This document shows, one piece after another, positions 17,882-31,935 of a stretch of DNA of 64,000 nucleotides (its first letter is position 1; each line of letters starts with the position of its first letter). Made by a program: the position numbers and the translations under genes. Source of the stretch: Escherichia coli O127:H6 str. E2348/69 (GTDB taxonomy: Bacteria > Pseudomonadota > Gammaproteobacteria > Enterobacterales > Enterobacteriaceae); assembly GCF_000026545.1 (NCBI RefSeq), contig NC_011601.1; one strand, 5' to 3'. The notes below the pieces were generated by a model. That model ran no database searches, was not told where the DNA came from, and saw only the letters and a program-made list of their open reading frames with translations.

Positions 17882-19630
17882 TCACCCCTGACGAAGTAAC
17901 GCCATAAACGCTTCATACCCTGTTAACCTGGCAATAGTTTCCGCCGGATGCTGACACAGGACGCTGGCAAGATAGCTGAATATTTTCAACTCGTGACGCG
18001 CATCGGCGGCGGCACAGGCGATCAACACGTGGTTAATGACTTCGTTATTCACCTCGATCGGGTGGGCGAGGGTAATAAAAAATCCACGAAAACGTCGCTC
18101 CTGCTCGCTCCAGCAATGTGGGATGGCGAGGCGATTAACAATCAGGTTTTCACCTTCGCCTTCGCGGGCGATGATGCGTTGTGCTTCATCGGTGGTAATA
18201 TGGTGTTGCGTCACTAATTGCGCACAAATTTGCCGGGTAATATGTTGCCAGCTTTCACCGCGTACATTCGAATAATGAAAACTTCCGGGGGCAGAGAAAA
18301 AACGCTCCGGTTGCTGGCGAATAAATGCCGTCGCCAGAAAATGTTTTATTTGTTCGATACCGGCAGCCGTAATGATATTTTTTACGGTGATGTAATTATT
18401 TACCGCGTCATCCAGTAAATAATGGCTGTTGTTAATGATCAATAACGGCTCAATTTCTTCGCGAATGGCAACAAGTTCGCTTAAGCTACGGGCAATAATC
18501 ACCCGACAATTTAAAACATCGCGCTCAATGGCGAGCTGATTAATAGTGGCAATCGCGTTCTGATCAGAGAGCAAAATGATCGGCTGGCGTTCGTTTTGAT
18601 GCCGTTCCAGCGCACAGGCAAAATACAAACCGATCAGATCGCTGTCGAAAAGGGGAATATCGAGTTGTTCACGCAGTAGCGTAATAAAGTGCAGACTCAT
18701 ATCAAAGGCCGCAGGCCAGGCGGCTTTCAGGTTATTCATGCTGCTTTGGCGGTGCTCACCAATCCACACCGGCGCGGCAAGGCAACGTAATAAATGCCCG
18801 GTAATATTCTCAACCAGCTGCGTATCAATAATATTCAATGACGCGATGCCCGGCACCCTTTGCAGCAACCCCTGCACATTATCGGCAGAAATTACCTGTG
18901 CTTGCTGATGCTGTTTCTCTATCAAACCTGTCAGGGTTCTTACAGCGTTATCACCAAGAAACATGCCGCTTTGTTCAACGATTTGTTTTATCTCGTCACC
19001 GGGATATTGCGGCCACTCATCGGTCAGTTGATTACGCAGGGCGTAAATAGCCAGTATCAGGCTGGAGAGATAATCACCCTGCATAAGCGGCAAGCGGTGT
19101 TGGTTGTCGCAGGCTGTGGATAAATGCTGAAGGTTGTCTCGTGTTACGCCAGCCAGAGGAATTAAAAACGGATCTTTGCGCAGCAAGTTCGCCAGCAAAA
19201 TAACGCGTTTCTCTTCTGTCTCATCAATGAAATGGCCCAAACCGGGGCGACTGGCCAGGCAGCAAGTGCGCTCATAACGTTGCTTTAATCGTGGCAGACG
19301 CTCTGCGACCCACGTTTCTGGCAAATTAAGCGCCGAGGCGAGCTGCGCACGGGGAGTAAAGGTATTCAGTAATAACAACGCCAGCAGCCGATCGTCGTTA
19401 TCGTGCTTTTGCAGCAACTGAAAAAAGCTGCGGCGCTCGAAGATTTCCAGCTGATAGCCCGCACTACCACTGGCAGAAATGCGGGCTTTGCCGTTAAGGG
19501 TAAAGTTGAGATAGTCAATATCACGCAGTATGGTCCTGCCAGAAACGCCAGTCTGTTGCGCCAGCTCACCAGGCGTGCGCGGCTGTTGCTCCAGCAGATC
19601 GACAATCTTTAACTGGCGTTCGTTTAGCAT
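17882..19630 (-). CDS. frvR: PTS-regulatory-domain transcriptional regulator FrvR
   Basis: The 582-aa protein has an N-terminal HTH (GVSGRTILRDIDYLN). It matches recalled K-12 FrvR and is syntenic with frvABX. Confidence 0.92.
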   Translation of the reverse strand: MLNERQLKIVDLLEQQPRTPGELAQQTGVSGRTILRDIDYLNFTLNGKARISASGSAGYQLEIFERRSFFQLLQKHDNDDRLLALLLLNTFTPRAQLASALNLPETWVAERLPRLKQRYERTCCLASRPGLGHFIDETEEKRVILLANLLRKDPFLIPLAGVTRDNLQHLSTACDNQHRLPLMQGDYLSSLILAIYALRNQLTDEWPQYPGDEIKQIVEQSGMFLGDNAVRTLTGLIEKQHQQAQVISADNVQGLLQRVPGIASLNIIDTQLVENITGHLLRCLAAPVWIGEHRQSSMNNLKAAWPAAFDMSLHFITLLREQLDIPLFDSDLIGLYFACALERHQNERQPIILLSDQNAIATINQLAIERDVLNCRVIIARSLSELVAIREEIEPLLIINNSHYLLDDAVNNYITVKNIITAAGIEQIKHFLATAFIRQQPERFFSAPGSFHYSNVRGESWQHITRQICAQLVTQHHITTDEAQRIIAREGEGENLIVNRLAIPHCWSEQERRFRGFFITLAHPIEVNNEVINHVLIACAAADARHELKIFSYLASVLCQHPAETIARLTGYEAFMALLRQG

Positions 19631-20706
19631 TAATCCACCTGACGGAACTGGCTAAACGCGTTGACTTTCTCCGCAGTTAAGGTCGTCAGAAAATCCCGTA
19701 TCAGCATGAGCAGAGCATCGTAATCGGCTTTTGAAATCATGCCGCTGTTAGCGTGCAGATAACGAGTTGGCAGACACAGCGCAACAACCGGACGCCCGCC
19801 GCCCATTACGTTGTAGCGCCCGCCATCCGTCGCACCGGTTTTCATGGTGGAAAATTGCAGCGGTAAATCATTCTGCGTGGCACAGCTTTTTAACGCCACC
19901 ACCAGCTTCTGGTTGGGGAAGTAGCGTTTATCAAACAGCATCAGCCCCGGCCCCTGGCCCAGTTTTAGCGGGTATTTAATGTTATCAATGCCCGGAACAT
20001 CGCCTGCGACGGCGGTATCCAGCACGATCACAACATCCGGTTTAATGTGTTCCGCCGAGGTTTGCGCCCCGCGCAGGCCAACTTCTTCTTCCACACTGCC
20101 AACGCCATACAGCGTAATTTCGGGATTATTCACCGTCTGCAATAGCTCAGCCATCATTGCGCAGCCGATGCGGTTATCCAACGCCTTGCCGACCACTTTA
20201 TCTTCGCCCCAGCAGGCAAAATTGGCTTCCGGGCTAATAAAATTACCAATTTCCACGCCGCATTTTTCCGCTTCTTCGCGGCTGTTCGCGCCAATATCAA
20301 TGAACATCTCATCAAATGACAGCGGTTGTTGCTTTTGCTTTTCGGTTAACGCATGTGGCGCGACGGAACCAATCACACCAAGGATTTTAAATCCCTTGTG
20401 TGTGCGTATGGTTACCCGGTGGTTGAGCATCGACTGATTCCACCAGCCACCAATGGTGGTGAAACGCAGAAAACCGCTCTCGTCGATGTGGGTGACCATA
20501 AAGCCGACTTCATCCATATGCCCGACAACGGCAACTTTTGGACCTTTATTCCCCTTACGGGCAACAAAGCTGCCCAGACCATCAAAGGTGATCTCATTAA
20601 TGCAAGGTTCCAGCGTGTTTATCAGAATGTCGCGAACTTCCTGTTCATCGCCGCTAACGGCGCTGGCTTCGCACAACTGTTGCAGTAACTCAATGTTCAT
20701 GGACAA
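19630..20706 (-). CDS. frvX: M42-family aminopeptidase/endoglucanase-like protein FrvX
   Basis: The track form is 358 aa. The K-12 form (356 aa, MNIELLQQL) would start at 20700. The metal-ligand region VVGHMDEVGF is present. The gene is syntenic. Confidence 0.92.
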   Translation of the reverse strand: MSMNIELLQQLCEASAVSGDEQEVRDILINTLEPCINEITFDGLGSFVARKGNKGPKVAVVGHMDEVGFMVTHIDESGFLRFTTIGGWWNQSMLNHRVTIRTHKGFKILGVIGSVAPHALTEKQKQQPLSFDEMFIDIGANSREEAEKCGVEIGNFISPEANFACWGEDKVVGKALDNRIGCAMMAELLQTVNNPEITLYGVGSVEEEVGLRGAQTSAEHIKPDVVIVLDTAVAGDVPGIDNIKYPLKLGQGPGLMLFDKRYFPNQKLVVALKSCATQNDLPLQFSTMKTGATDGGRYNVMGGGRPVVALCLPTRYLHANSGMISKADYDALLMLIRDFLTTLTAEKVNAFSQFRQVD

Positions 20707-22141
20707 GCTCCTGTTGTGCGGCTTTCGCTTTGCGGCGTAACCACAATCCTTTCAGGACGATAATGAATGAAATGTTCAGCGCCAGACCAATCGCCAGCAC
20801 CAGATAAAACGAACCTACCGGCGACATCAGGCCGATCAGCGGGTCAAAGATACCTAAACCCGGTGCCAGACGTTTGATTCCGAAAGCGATCACCAGCACG
20901 CCGGTAATGCCGCCCGCCAGCGTATTGGCGGTAATCATCGGCAACGGAGCTGCCAGAGCGTAAGGAATAGCTGGTTCGGTTGCGACTGTGGCACCGACCA
21001 CAATGGCACTACTGGCAGCCTCTTTTTCCTGTTGAGTAAACAGTTTGGGCGCAATGAACGTCGCAAGACCCGACGCGACGGGCGGCATCAGCGCGACAAC
21101 GCCGACGATGGCGTACCAGTCATAAATGTGTTTTTCCAGCAGCGAGAAGCAGAAGAACCAGGCAGTTTTGTTGATGGGGCCGCCCATATCGAACGCCAGC
21201 ATCGCACCAACCAGAAACGCCGCCGCAAACTTCATTGACGGAGGAATAGTATTCAGGAAGTGCAGCAGCCCGCCCATGAGGTCGGACATCACCGGCCCGA
21301 TAACGTAGTAAGTGAGCACGCCAAAAACCAGCAGAGTAACGAACGGGATCAGCATTGAACCGAGCAGCGGTTGTAATGCTTTGCCAAGGCGCACTTTGCG
21401 GAACCAGAAGACGAAGTAGCCAATTGCCAGCCCCAGCACCACCGCACCGAGGAAGCCCGCGCCAGACTGGGTGCCGAGCAACGCTTTGTCGTTCGCCAGA
21501 TAGCAAACCAGAAACGCCGGAGCGAAAGCGGGTTTATCGGCAATCGACGAGGCAATATAAGCGCCCATGATGGGGATCATAAAGGTGAAGCCGAGATAAC
21601 CGATGGATTCAACCACCCAGGTAAACGACGGCGCGCCTTTCGACATATCGGTATACGGCAAACCGAACTGCACCAGCATGTTGGCAAGCGCCACCAGAAT
21701 ACCGCCGCCGATGACAAACGGCAGTGCCGCAGAGACGCCCGCCATCAGGTGGCTCATCACGCTGCCGCTTTGTACTTCCTGTTTGCCGAGCTTTACGCCG
21801 CTATCTGCGGCAAAAAGCTGCGAGTTTGTCGGTAATTCACTGAAAATCTGGTCGATATTTTTCAACGCCTGGGAGATGGCAATCTCATAAACCTTCTTCC
21901 CGGCAAACCGCGCGCGATCGTCGCCGCTCAGACCACGCCCGGTGGCGAGAATCACGTAATCGGCAGCGGCAATCTCTTCGCTGGATAAGCGGTTTTCAAC
22001 GCCGCTTGATCCTTGAGTTTCCACTTTAATGGTATAGCCGAGAGAACGGGCTTTCTGTTCCAGGGCTTCCGCCACCATGTAGGTGTGAGCGATCCCGGCA
22101 GGGCAGTTGGTGATCGCGACAATACGTAAGGATGACTCCAT
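20690..22141 (-). CDS. frvB: PTS fructose-like enzyme IIBC component
   Basis: The 483-aa protein has an N-terminal IIB domain (ITNCPAGIAHTYM) and a polytopic IIC domain. It matches K-12 FrvB. Confidence 0.94.
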   Translation of the reverse strand: MESSLRIVAITNCPAGIAHTYMVAEALEQKARSLGYTIKVETQGSSGVENRLSSEEIAAADYVILATGRGLSGDDRARFAGKKVYEIAISQALKNIDQIFSELPTNSQLFAADSGVKLGKQEVQSGSVMSHLMAGVSAALPFVIGGGILVALANMLVQFGLPYTDMSKGAPSFTWVVESIGYLGFTFMIPIMGAYIASSIADKPAFAPAFLVCYLANDKALLGTQSGAGFLGAVVLGLAIGYFVFWFRKVRLGKALQPLLGSMLIPFVTLLVFGVLTYYVIGPVMSDLMGGLLHFLNTIPPSMKFAAAFLVGAMLAFDMGGPINKTAWFFCFSLLEKHIYDWYAIVGVVALMPPVASGLATFIAPKLFTQQEKEAASSAIVVGATVATEPAIPYALAAPLPMITANTLAGGITGVLVIAFGIKRLAPGLGIFDPLIGLMSPVGSFYLVLAIGLALNISFIIVLKGLWLRRKAKAAQQELVHEH

Positions 22142-22151
22142 CGCTACGTCC

Positions 22152-22598
22152 TTATGAGCTGAGGGTTTGATTTAACAAAGCAAGCACCTGGTCGGCGTCG
22201 CCCTGTCGCAGTTGGTTGATAAAATCCTGGTGGATAATTTTGCGACATAGTGTGCCGATGAGTTTGACCTGATCCTCTTCGCCGCTTTGCGGTACGCCGA
22301 GGCAGATCCAGCAATTGACGTCTTCGCCATCGCTGGCTTGCCAGTCAATGGCTTGTGTTTTACGTGCGAACAGCACGAACGGTTGTTTAACGCAGGCGCT
22401 TTTACCGTGCGGTACGGCGATGCCGGAACCAAAACCGGTGGAGTGCATTTTTTCGCGCAGTAGTAACGTTTGCAGGAATTGGTGTGAGTCGGTGATAAAA
22501 CCGTTTTGTAACGCTATTGTCGCCAGTTGCTTCAGAATGGAATAAGCGCCGTTGCCCTGAATATTCAGGTCAATACAGCTTGCAGTAAGTGCTGCCAT
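22152..22598 (-). CDS. frvA: PTS fructose-like enzyme IIA component
   Basis: The 148-aa protein has a PTS EIIA type-2 His region (GIAVPHGK). It matches K-12 FrvA. Confidence 0.94.
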   Translation of the reverse strand: MAALTASCIDLNIQGNGAYSILKQLATIALQNGFITDSHQFLQTLLLREKMHSTGFGSGIAVPHGKSACVKQPFVLFARKTQAIDWQASDGEDVNCWICLGVPQSGEEDQVKLIGTLCRKIIHQDFINQLRQGDADQVLALLNQTLSS

Positions 22599-23073
22599 TA
22601 TCAGACTCCATGAAAAATATTTCAGTTAATTGTAATCGCGGGGCGGGTTTGTGATGAGCGCGGATATGTCACGAAGTCGCGACAATATAAAGCAGAGTGA
22701 AAGGTAAAATTTGCGGTACCAGACACATATCAGTAGATAAAATAAACTTTGTGAATAAAGTATTATTATTTAATGATTTTGTGAATGTTTAAATGCCCAG
22801 GATATCTTGCCATAACGTTATTTATATTTGTGGCTTATGAGTCAGCGTGAATTATATCTAATATTTTTTACGATATTTAGTTAAAAACGGCACTATTGTT
22901 ATATTCCTCACATTCCAGGAAATCAGCGGATTTACTCATATTATGCAGCGGGATACTATCCATCGGCCTGCTGAAGTTGGATTAAAAATTCGAAAGTGCA
23001 CACCTTATATTTCTCTATATACGTATTCCTTTTGGAAAGCGTAGGGTCTCCTTTATTTCAGGGAACGTAAATA

Positions 23074-24468
23074 ATGAAAAAATCGACATTATCTTTAGCC
23101 ATCGGTTTATTATTGGCATGTAGTACCGGTATGGCAAAAACACAGCATTTAACGCTGGAACAACGCATGGCATTGCTGGAAGAACGCCTGGAAGCGGCAG
23201 AAATGCGGGCAGCAAAAGCAGAGGGGCAGGTTAAACAGCTTCAGACACAACAAGCCGCCGAGATCCGCGAAATTAAGATCGCACAGGGCAACACGCCGGT
23301 AAACGGTCAATCAACGACGGAGTCAGAGAAGAAAAACGCCACCCCGCCTAATCTCCTGCTTTCAGGGTATGGCGATTTAAAAATCTACGGTGACGTAGAA
23401 TTTAATATGGATGCGGAAAGTAATCATGGCCTGCTGGCAATGACCAACGCTGATGTGAATAGCGATCCCACTAATGAACAGTGGAATCTCAATGGTCGTA
23501 TTCTGTTAGGTTTTGATGGTATGCGAAAACTGGATAATGGCTATTTCGCTGGGTTCTCCGTACAACCGCTGGGGGATATGCACGGTTCAGTAAATATCGA
23601 TGATGCGGTTTTCTTCTTTGGCAAAGAAAACGACTGGAAGGTCAAAGTAGGCCGTTTTGAAGCCTACGATATGTTCCCGCTGAATCAGGATACCTTTGTT
23701 GAACATTCCGGTAATACTGCGAACGATCTTTATGACGATGGCAGCGGTTATATCTATATGATGAAAGAGGGCCGCGGGCGTTCTAACGCTGGCGGTAATT
23801 TCCTCGTCAGCAAACAACTCGATAACTGGTATTTTGAATTAAACACGTTACTTGAAGACGGAACATCTTTATATAATGACGGTAATTATCATGGACGCGA
23901 TATGGAGCAGCAGAAAAATGTTGCTTATCTGCGTCCGGTAATTGCCTGGTCGCCGACGGAAGAATTCACCGTTTCCGCAGCGATGGAAGCGAACGTAGTA
24001 AATAATGCTTATGGTTATACCGATAGCAAGGGTAATTTTGTCGATCAGTCCGATCGTACCGGCTATGGTATGAGCATGACCTGGAATGGCCTGAAAACGG
24101 ATCCGGAAAATGGCGTCGTGGTTAATCTTAATACCGCCTATTTAGATGCTAATAATGAGAAAGATTTCACTGCCGGGATTAACGCGCTGTGGAAACGTTT
24201 CGAGCTGGGTTATATCTACGCACATAATAAGATTGATGAATTTAGTGGCGTGGTTTGTGATAACGATTGCTGGATTGATGATGAAGGAACATACAACATT
24301 CACACCATTCATGCGTCTTATCAGTTCGCTAATGTGATGGATATGGAGAACTTTAATATTTACCTCGGCACGTATTACTCCATTCTGGATAGCGACGGCG
24401 ATAAGATACACGGCGACGATAGTGATGACCGTTACGGCGCACGCGTTCGCTTTAAATACTTCTTCTGA
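23074..24468 (+). CDS. Outer-membrane glycoporin, ScrY/BglH/RafY-like (N-terminal coiled coil plus beta-barrel)
   Basis: The protein is 464 aa with a signal peptide (MKKSTLSLAIGLLLACSTGMA). The coiled-coil segment LTLEQRMALLEERLEAAEMRAAKAEGQVKQLQ resembles the BglH/ScrY N-terminus. Alternating beta-strand patterns are present and the C-terminus ends ...RFKYFF with an aromatic residue. The gene is absent from the K-12 frvA-rhaM interval. Confidence 0.75.
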   Translation: MKKSTLSLAIGLLLACSTGMAKTQHLTLEQRMALLEERLEAAEMRAAKAEGQVKQLQTQQAAEIREIKIAQGNTPVNGQSTTESEKKNATPPNLLLSGYGDLKIYGDVEFNMDAESNHGLLAMTNADVNSDPTNEQWNLNGRILLGFDGMRKLDNGYFAGFSVQPLGDMHGSVNIDDAVFFFGKENDWKVKVGRFEAYDMFPLNQDTFVEHSGNTANDLYDDGSGYIYMMKEGRGRSNAGGNFLVSKQLDNWYFELNTLLEDGTSLYNDGNYHGRDMEQQKNVAYLRPVIAWSPTEEFTVSAAMEANVVNNAYGYTDSKGNFVDQSDRTGYGMSMTWNGLKTDPENGVVVNLNTAYLDANNEKDFTAGINALWKRFELGYIYAHNKIDEFSGVVCDNDCWIDDEGTYNIHTIHASYQFANVMDMENFNIYLGTYYSILDSDGDKIHGDDSDDRYGARVRFKYFF

Positions 24469-24508
24469 TGAAAGGGCGGTGCTGGATATTATCCGGCACC
24501 GCAACTCA

Positions 24509-24823
24509 TTAAGGCAGGTAAAACACTTCTTGCAGTTCGCTACTGACTGGGCTGTTATCCGCATTAGCGGGCATAACGTCGATCATATATTTCCACCAAC
24601 GTTGGCAAACATCTGTACTGGCAACCGCATTCCACCGCTCTTCAGATTCAATCTCTATCGTGGCAAATAGCAGATTACGCGCTTTGTCGAGATAGATGGC
24701 GTAGTTATGCGCACCGTGAGATTTCAGCACTGCTTCCAGTTCCGGCCAGATGGGATTATGCCGACGCTGATACTCTTCGTGGGCGTCGGGGTTTACCTGC
24801 ATGACAAAGGCTTTGCGGATCAT
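24509..24823 (-). CDS. rhaM: L-rhamnose mutarotase
   Basis: The 104-aa protein begins [22 protein letters not shown] and matches K-12 RhaM (YiiL). Confidence 0.95.
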   Translation of the reverse strand: MIRKAFVMQVNPDAHEEYQRRHNPIWPELEAVLKSHGAHNYAIYLDKARNLLFATIEIESEERWNAVASTDVCQRWWKYMIDVMPANADNSPVSSELQEVFYLP

Positions 24824-24832
24824 GTTTGCTCC

Positions 24833-25657
24833 TTACAGCGCCAGCGCACTGGCGAGTGGTGTAACGCCGAAACGCTGGCCGAGCGCTATCAACTCTTCAC
24901 GACTGATGGTCTGTTTCATGCCGCCCATCGAATAAACCTTCACTAATACTTGTGCTGATTTTTCTGCGGTGTCGATTAAACCGAATGTTTCATCCAGTGT
25001 CGGACCGCTGCCGAAGACGCCGTGGAAGGGCCACAACACCAGCGAATGTTTTTGCATTTCCTGTGCGGTCGCCTGGCCGATTTCGTCCGTGCCGGGCACC
25101 ATCCACGGCAGAATTCCAACGCCATCCGGGAACACTACCAGACACTCGGTGCTGCCTTCCCAAAGCTGGCGAGTGAAGACCGCGGTGTCGTTTTCCAGTA
25201 CGTAGGTAAGGGCGATCAGGTTGGTGGCATGGCAGTGCATGATCACCCGATCTTTACCGTTGGTGGCTTTAATGCGCTCGCAATGAGAGAGAAAGTGAGC
25301 CGGAAGTTCGGATGTCGGGACGGCTTCGTTGGTTAACCCCCAGAGAATATGGTAGCCCGCGCCGTCGCTGTCGACTTTTACGACGCCTAAGTTAGCCGCA
25401 GGATCAAGCTGGACGTTACGGAAGAATTTGCCGGAGCCGGTGACAATAAACGGTGTATTTGCCAGTAAAGGCATGGGCTGGCTGAGCGGGATATAGCGCG
25501 GTTGTGCATGAAAGTTGCCGTGATAAGGCGCGATATCGGCGTCATCCAGGCGCAGCGTCAGGTTACCACCATTGCGCTCGTCCCAGCCTTTCAGCCAGGC
25601 ATCGGTGGTGGCTTTGATCATTCCCTGGACAAACCAGGACTGGGTTATGTTTTGCAT
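24833..25657 (-). CDS. rhaD: Rhamnulose-1-phosphate aldolase
   Basis: The 274-aa protein matches K-12 RhaD and is syntenic. Confidence 0.96.
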   Translation of the reverse strand: MQNITQSWFVQGMIKATTDAWLKGWDERNGGNLTLRLDDADIAPYHGNFHAQPRYIPLSQPMPLLANTPFIVTGSGKFFRNVQLDPAANLGVVKVDSDGAGYHILWGLTNEAVPTSELPAHFLSHCERIKATNGKDRVIMHCHATNLIALTYVLENDTAVFTRQLWEGSTECLVVFPDGVGILPWMVPGTDEIGQATAQEMQKHSLVLWPFHGVFGSGPTLDETFGLIDTAEKSAQVLVKVYSMGGMKQTISREELIALGQRFGVTPLASALAL

Positions 25658-25694
25658 GTTCTGTGTTCCTGTTAATTGGACGTCCGTGCCTGTT

Positions 25695-25843
25695 GCCGGA
25701 TGTACGATCTGTAGGCCGGATAAGGCACTCGTGCCGCATCCGGCATTTGAGCAGGATGCCTGATGCGACGCTGTCGCGTCTTATCAGGCCTACAACTATT
25801 GCCGACCCGTAGGCCGGATAAGGCACTTGTGCCGCATCCGGCA
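25695..25843. repeat. REP/BIME cluster (3-4 REP units) between rhaD and rhaA
   Basis: GCCGGATG...GTAGGCCGGATAAGGC...GCCGCATCCGGCA and CCTGATGCGACGC...CTTATCAGGCCTAC units recur in alternating orientation. Confidence 0.9.
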
Positions 25844-25847
25844 GTGT

Positions 25848-28860
<3,013 letters not shown>

Positions 28861-29697
28861 ATGACCGTATTACATAGTGTGGATTTTTTTCCGTCTGGTA
28901 ACGCGTCCGTGGCGATAGAACCCCGGCTCCCGCAGGCGGATTTTCCTGAACATCATCATGATTTTCATGAAATTGTGATTGTCGAACATGGCACGGGTAT
29001 TCATGTATTTAATGGGCAGCCCTATACCATCACCGGTGGGACGGTCTGTTTCGTACGCGATCATGATCGGCATCTGTATGAACATACCGATAATCTGTGT
29101 CTGACCAATGTGCTGTATCGCTCGCCGGATCGATTTCAGTTTCTCGCCGGGCTGAATCAGTTGCTGCCACAAGAGCAGGATGGGCAGTATCCGTCTCACT
29201 GGCGCGTTAACCACAGCGTATTGCAGCAGGTGCGACAGCTGGTTGCACAGATGGAACAGCAGGAAGGGGAAAATGATTTACCCTCGACCGCCAGTCGCGA
29301 GATCTTATTTATGCAATTATTGCTCTTGCTGCGTAAAAGCAGTTTGCAGGAGAACCTGGAAAACAGCGCATCACGTCTCAACTTGCTTCTGGCCTGGCTG
29401 GAGGACCATTTTGCCGATGAGGTGAATTGGGACGCTGTGGCGGATCAATTTTCTCTTTCATTGCGTACGCTGCATCGCCAGCTTAAGCAGCAAACGGGGC
29501 TGACGCCTCAGCGTTACCTGAACCGCCTGCGACTGATGAAAGCCCGACATCTGCTACGCCACAGCGAGGCCAGCGTTACTGACATCGCCTATCGCTGCGG
29601 ATTCAGCGACAGTAACCACTTTTCGACGCTTTTTCGCCGAGAGTTTAACTGGTCACCGCGTGATATTCGTCAGGGACGGGATGGTTTTCTGCAATAA
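28861..29697 (+). CDS. rhaS: AraC-family activator RhaS
   Basis: The 278-aa protein has a cupin N-terminus and a double HTH C-terminus. It matches K-12 RhaS. Confidence 0.96.
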   Translation: MTVLHSVDFFPSGNASVAIEPRLPQADFPEHHHDFHEIVIVEHGTGIHVFNGQPYTITGGTVCFVRDHDRHLYEHTDNLCLTNVLYRSPDRFQFLAGLNQLLPQEQDGQYPSHWRVNHSVLQQVRQLVAQMEQQEGENDLPSTASREILFMQLLLLLRKSSLQENLENSASRLNLLLAWLEDHFADEVNWDAVADQFSLSLRTLHRQLKQQTGLTPQRYLNRLRLMKARHLLRHSEASVTDIAYRCGFSDSNHFSTLFRREFNWSPRDIRQGRDGFLQ

Positions 29698-29770
29698 CGC
29701 GAATCTCCTCAACGTATTTGTACGCCATATTGCGAATAATCAACTTCGTTCTCTGGCCGAGGTAGCCACG

Positions 29771-30619
29771 GTGGCGCATCAGTTAAAACTTCTCAAAGAT
29801 GATTTTTTTGCCAGCGACCAGCAGGCAGTCGCTGTGGCTGACCGTTATCCGCAAGATGTCTTTGCCGAACATACACATGATTTTTGTGAGCTGGTGATTG
29901 TCTGGCGCGGTAATGGTCTGCATGTACTCAACGATCGCCCTTATCGCATTACCCGTGGCGATCTCTTTTATATTCATGCTAACGATAAACACTCCTACGC
30001 TTCCGTTAACGATCTGGTTTTGCAGAATATTATTTATTGCCCGGAGCGGCTGAAGCTGAATCTTGACTGGCAGGGAGCGATTCCGGGATTTAGCGCCAGC
30101 GCAGGGCAACCACACTGGCGCTTAGGTAGCGTGGGGATGGCGCAGGCGCGGCAGGTTATCGGTCAGCTTGAGCATGAAAGTAGTCAGCATGTGTCGTTTG
30201 CTAACGAAATGGCTGAGTTGCTATTCGGGCAGTTGGTGATGTTGCTGAATCGCCATCGTTACACCAGTGATTCGTTGCCGCCAACATCCAGCGAAACGTT
30301 GCTGGATAAGCTGATTACCCGGCTGGCGGCTAGCCTGAAAAGTCCCTTTGCGCTGGATAAATTTTGTGATGAGGCATCGTGCAGTGAGCGCGTTTTGCGT
30401 CAGCAATTTCGTCAGCAGACTGGAATGACCATCAATCAATATCTGCGACAGGTCAGAGTGTGTCATGCGCAATATCTCCTCCAGCATAGCCGCCTGTTAA
30501 TCAGTGATATTTCGACCGAATGTGGCTTTGAAGATAGTAACTATTTTTCGGTGGTGTTTACCCGGGAAACCGGGATGACGCCCAGCCAGTGGCGTCATCT
30601 CAATTCGCAGAAAGATTAA
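29771..30619 (+). CDS. rhaR: AraC-family activator RhaR
   Basis: The 282-aa form starts from GTG at 29771 ([13 protein letters not shown]), the start I recall for K-12. The track ORF extends upstream to 29660 and overlaps rhaS. Confidence 0.9.
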
Positions 30620-31650
30620 TTCGCCATGCCGATGCCGACGATGTTAGCGGCGACAATAATCACCACACAACCGAGGCTCAACACCGTTACCGGACGGCGT
30701 CCTGCATTGTTCCACTCTTTCAGCACCAGCCCGACGATACCGCCGCACAATACATAGAAGCTCATATGCAGCATCCAGCTGATGTAGTCATACTGCGCCG
30801 GAATGCGGGCGTGGCCCCAGGCATAGAAAAAGAATTGCAGATACCACATCAACCCGCCCAGTGCTGAGAGTAACACATTGTGAATGATCAGCGGTTTTGC
30901 CAGCGAGAAGTCGGCTTTTAGCGACAAATCTTTCACTTTTGCCAGACGAATGAAGCAGAAGCCGAGGTTGATGATTGCGCCGCCGCCCATGATGACAACA
31001 TAGCTTGGCAGAGCGACATACAGGGGATCGACGCCCAGCGCGGCAGCGGCTTCATGCATCGGTTTTGCGGCGTTCATCGCAAAGGACATCCCGGCAGAGA
31101 AAATGCCGCACATCACCGCCAGCACCAGCCCTTTTTTCAGATTGAACTCTTCGGCTTTAATGCCCATCTTGCGCTCTTTCAACTGCCCGGCGCGAGTTAC
31201 AATCCCTACGCCAATCAGCGCCACCAGAACGCCGAGCAACGTCATGCGTCCGCCTTCGGTATTAATCAGCACATCGAAATTGCCGTTGATAATTGGCGTC
31301 ATCAGCGTACCGACAATCAACGTAATGCCAATGGCGATGCCAATTCCCATCGACATGCCGAGATAACGCATGGTCAGGCCGTAGTTGATATTACCGATCC
31401 CCCACATAGCGCCGAACAGAAAAACAGGCAGCAGCGTAGAGAGACTAAACGAGCTGTAATACGCCCAGAAATTCGGTAGTAACAGGGCGCTGATGGCCCA
31501 CGGCAGGATAATCCACGAAACAATCCCACCGACTGACCACATGGTTTCCCATGACCATTTTTTTACTTTTTTGAACGGAGCGTAAAAACAGGCTGCACTG
31601 GCCGCGCCGATCAAATGCCAAAATATCCCCATCGTAATCGCGTTACTCAT
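30616..31650 (-). CDS. rhaT: L-rhamnose-proton symporter
   Basis: The 344-aa form starts at [13 protein letters not shown]. It has ten TM segments and matches K-12 RhaT. Confidence 0.95.
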
Positions 31651-31842
31651 CTTCTTATCCTCATCATTTTTTCGTCGCGTCACATCTCCGACGAGATGAG
31701 TGTAAAAATTGAGCTGTCGATTAACCTTTCGCCTGTTGCCGCCGCTGCCGATTTACTGGCAATCACGGCATTAAGTGGGTGATTTGCTTCACATCTTGGG
31801 CATTTTCCTGCAAAACCATACCCTTATGAAAAGTACGGCATT

Positions 31843-31861
31843 GATAATCATTTTCAATATC
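31843..31861 (+). promoter_or_regulatory. Fur box in the sodA promoter
   Basis: GATAATCATTTTCAATATC resembles the Fur consensus GATAATGATAATCATTATC. A TATAAT sits at 31873-31878, just downstream. Confidence 0.7.
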
Positions 31862-31935
31862 ATTTAATTAACTATAATGAACCAACTGCTTACGCGGCAT
31901 TAACAATCGGCCGCCCGACAACACTGGAGATGAAT

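Noticed and set aside
29660-29770. ORF-track 5' extensions might be real N-termini. Examples are rhaR from 29660, pfkA from 38581, cdh from 40863, glpK to 48488, priA to 57968, metJ to 59495, metB from 59520, fieF from 37552 and kdgT from 32774.
   Set aside because: The extensions overlap upstream genes or promoters and lack Shine-Dalgarno sequences. The internal starts reproduce the known K-12 protein lengths and N-terminal sequences.
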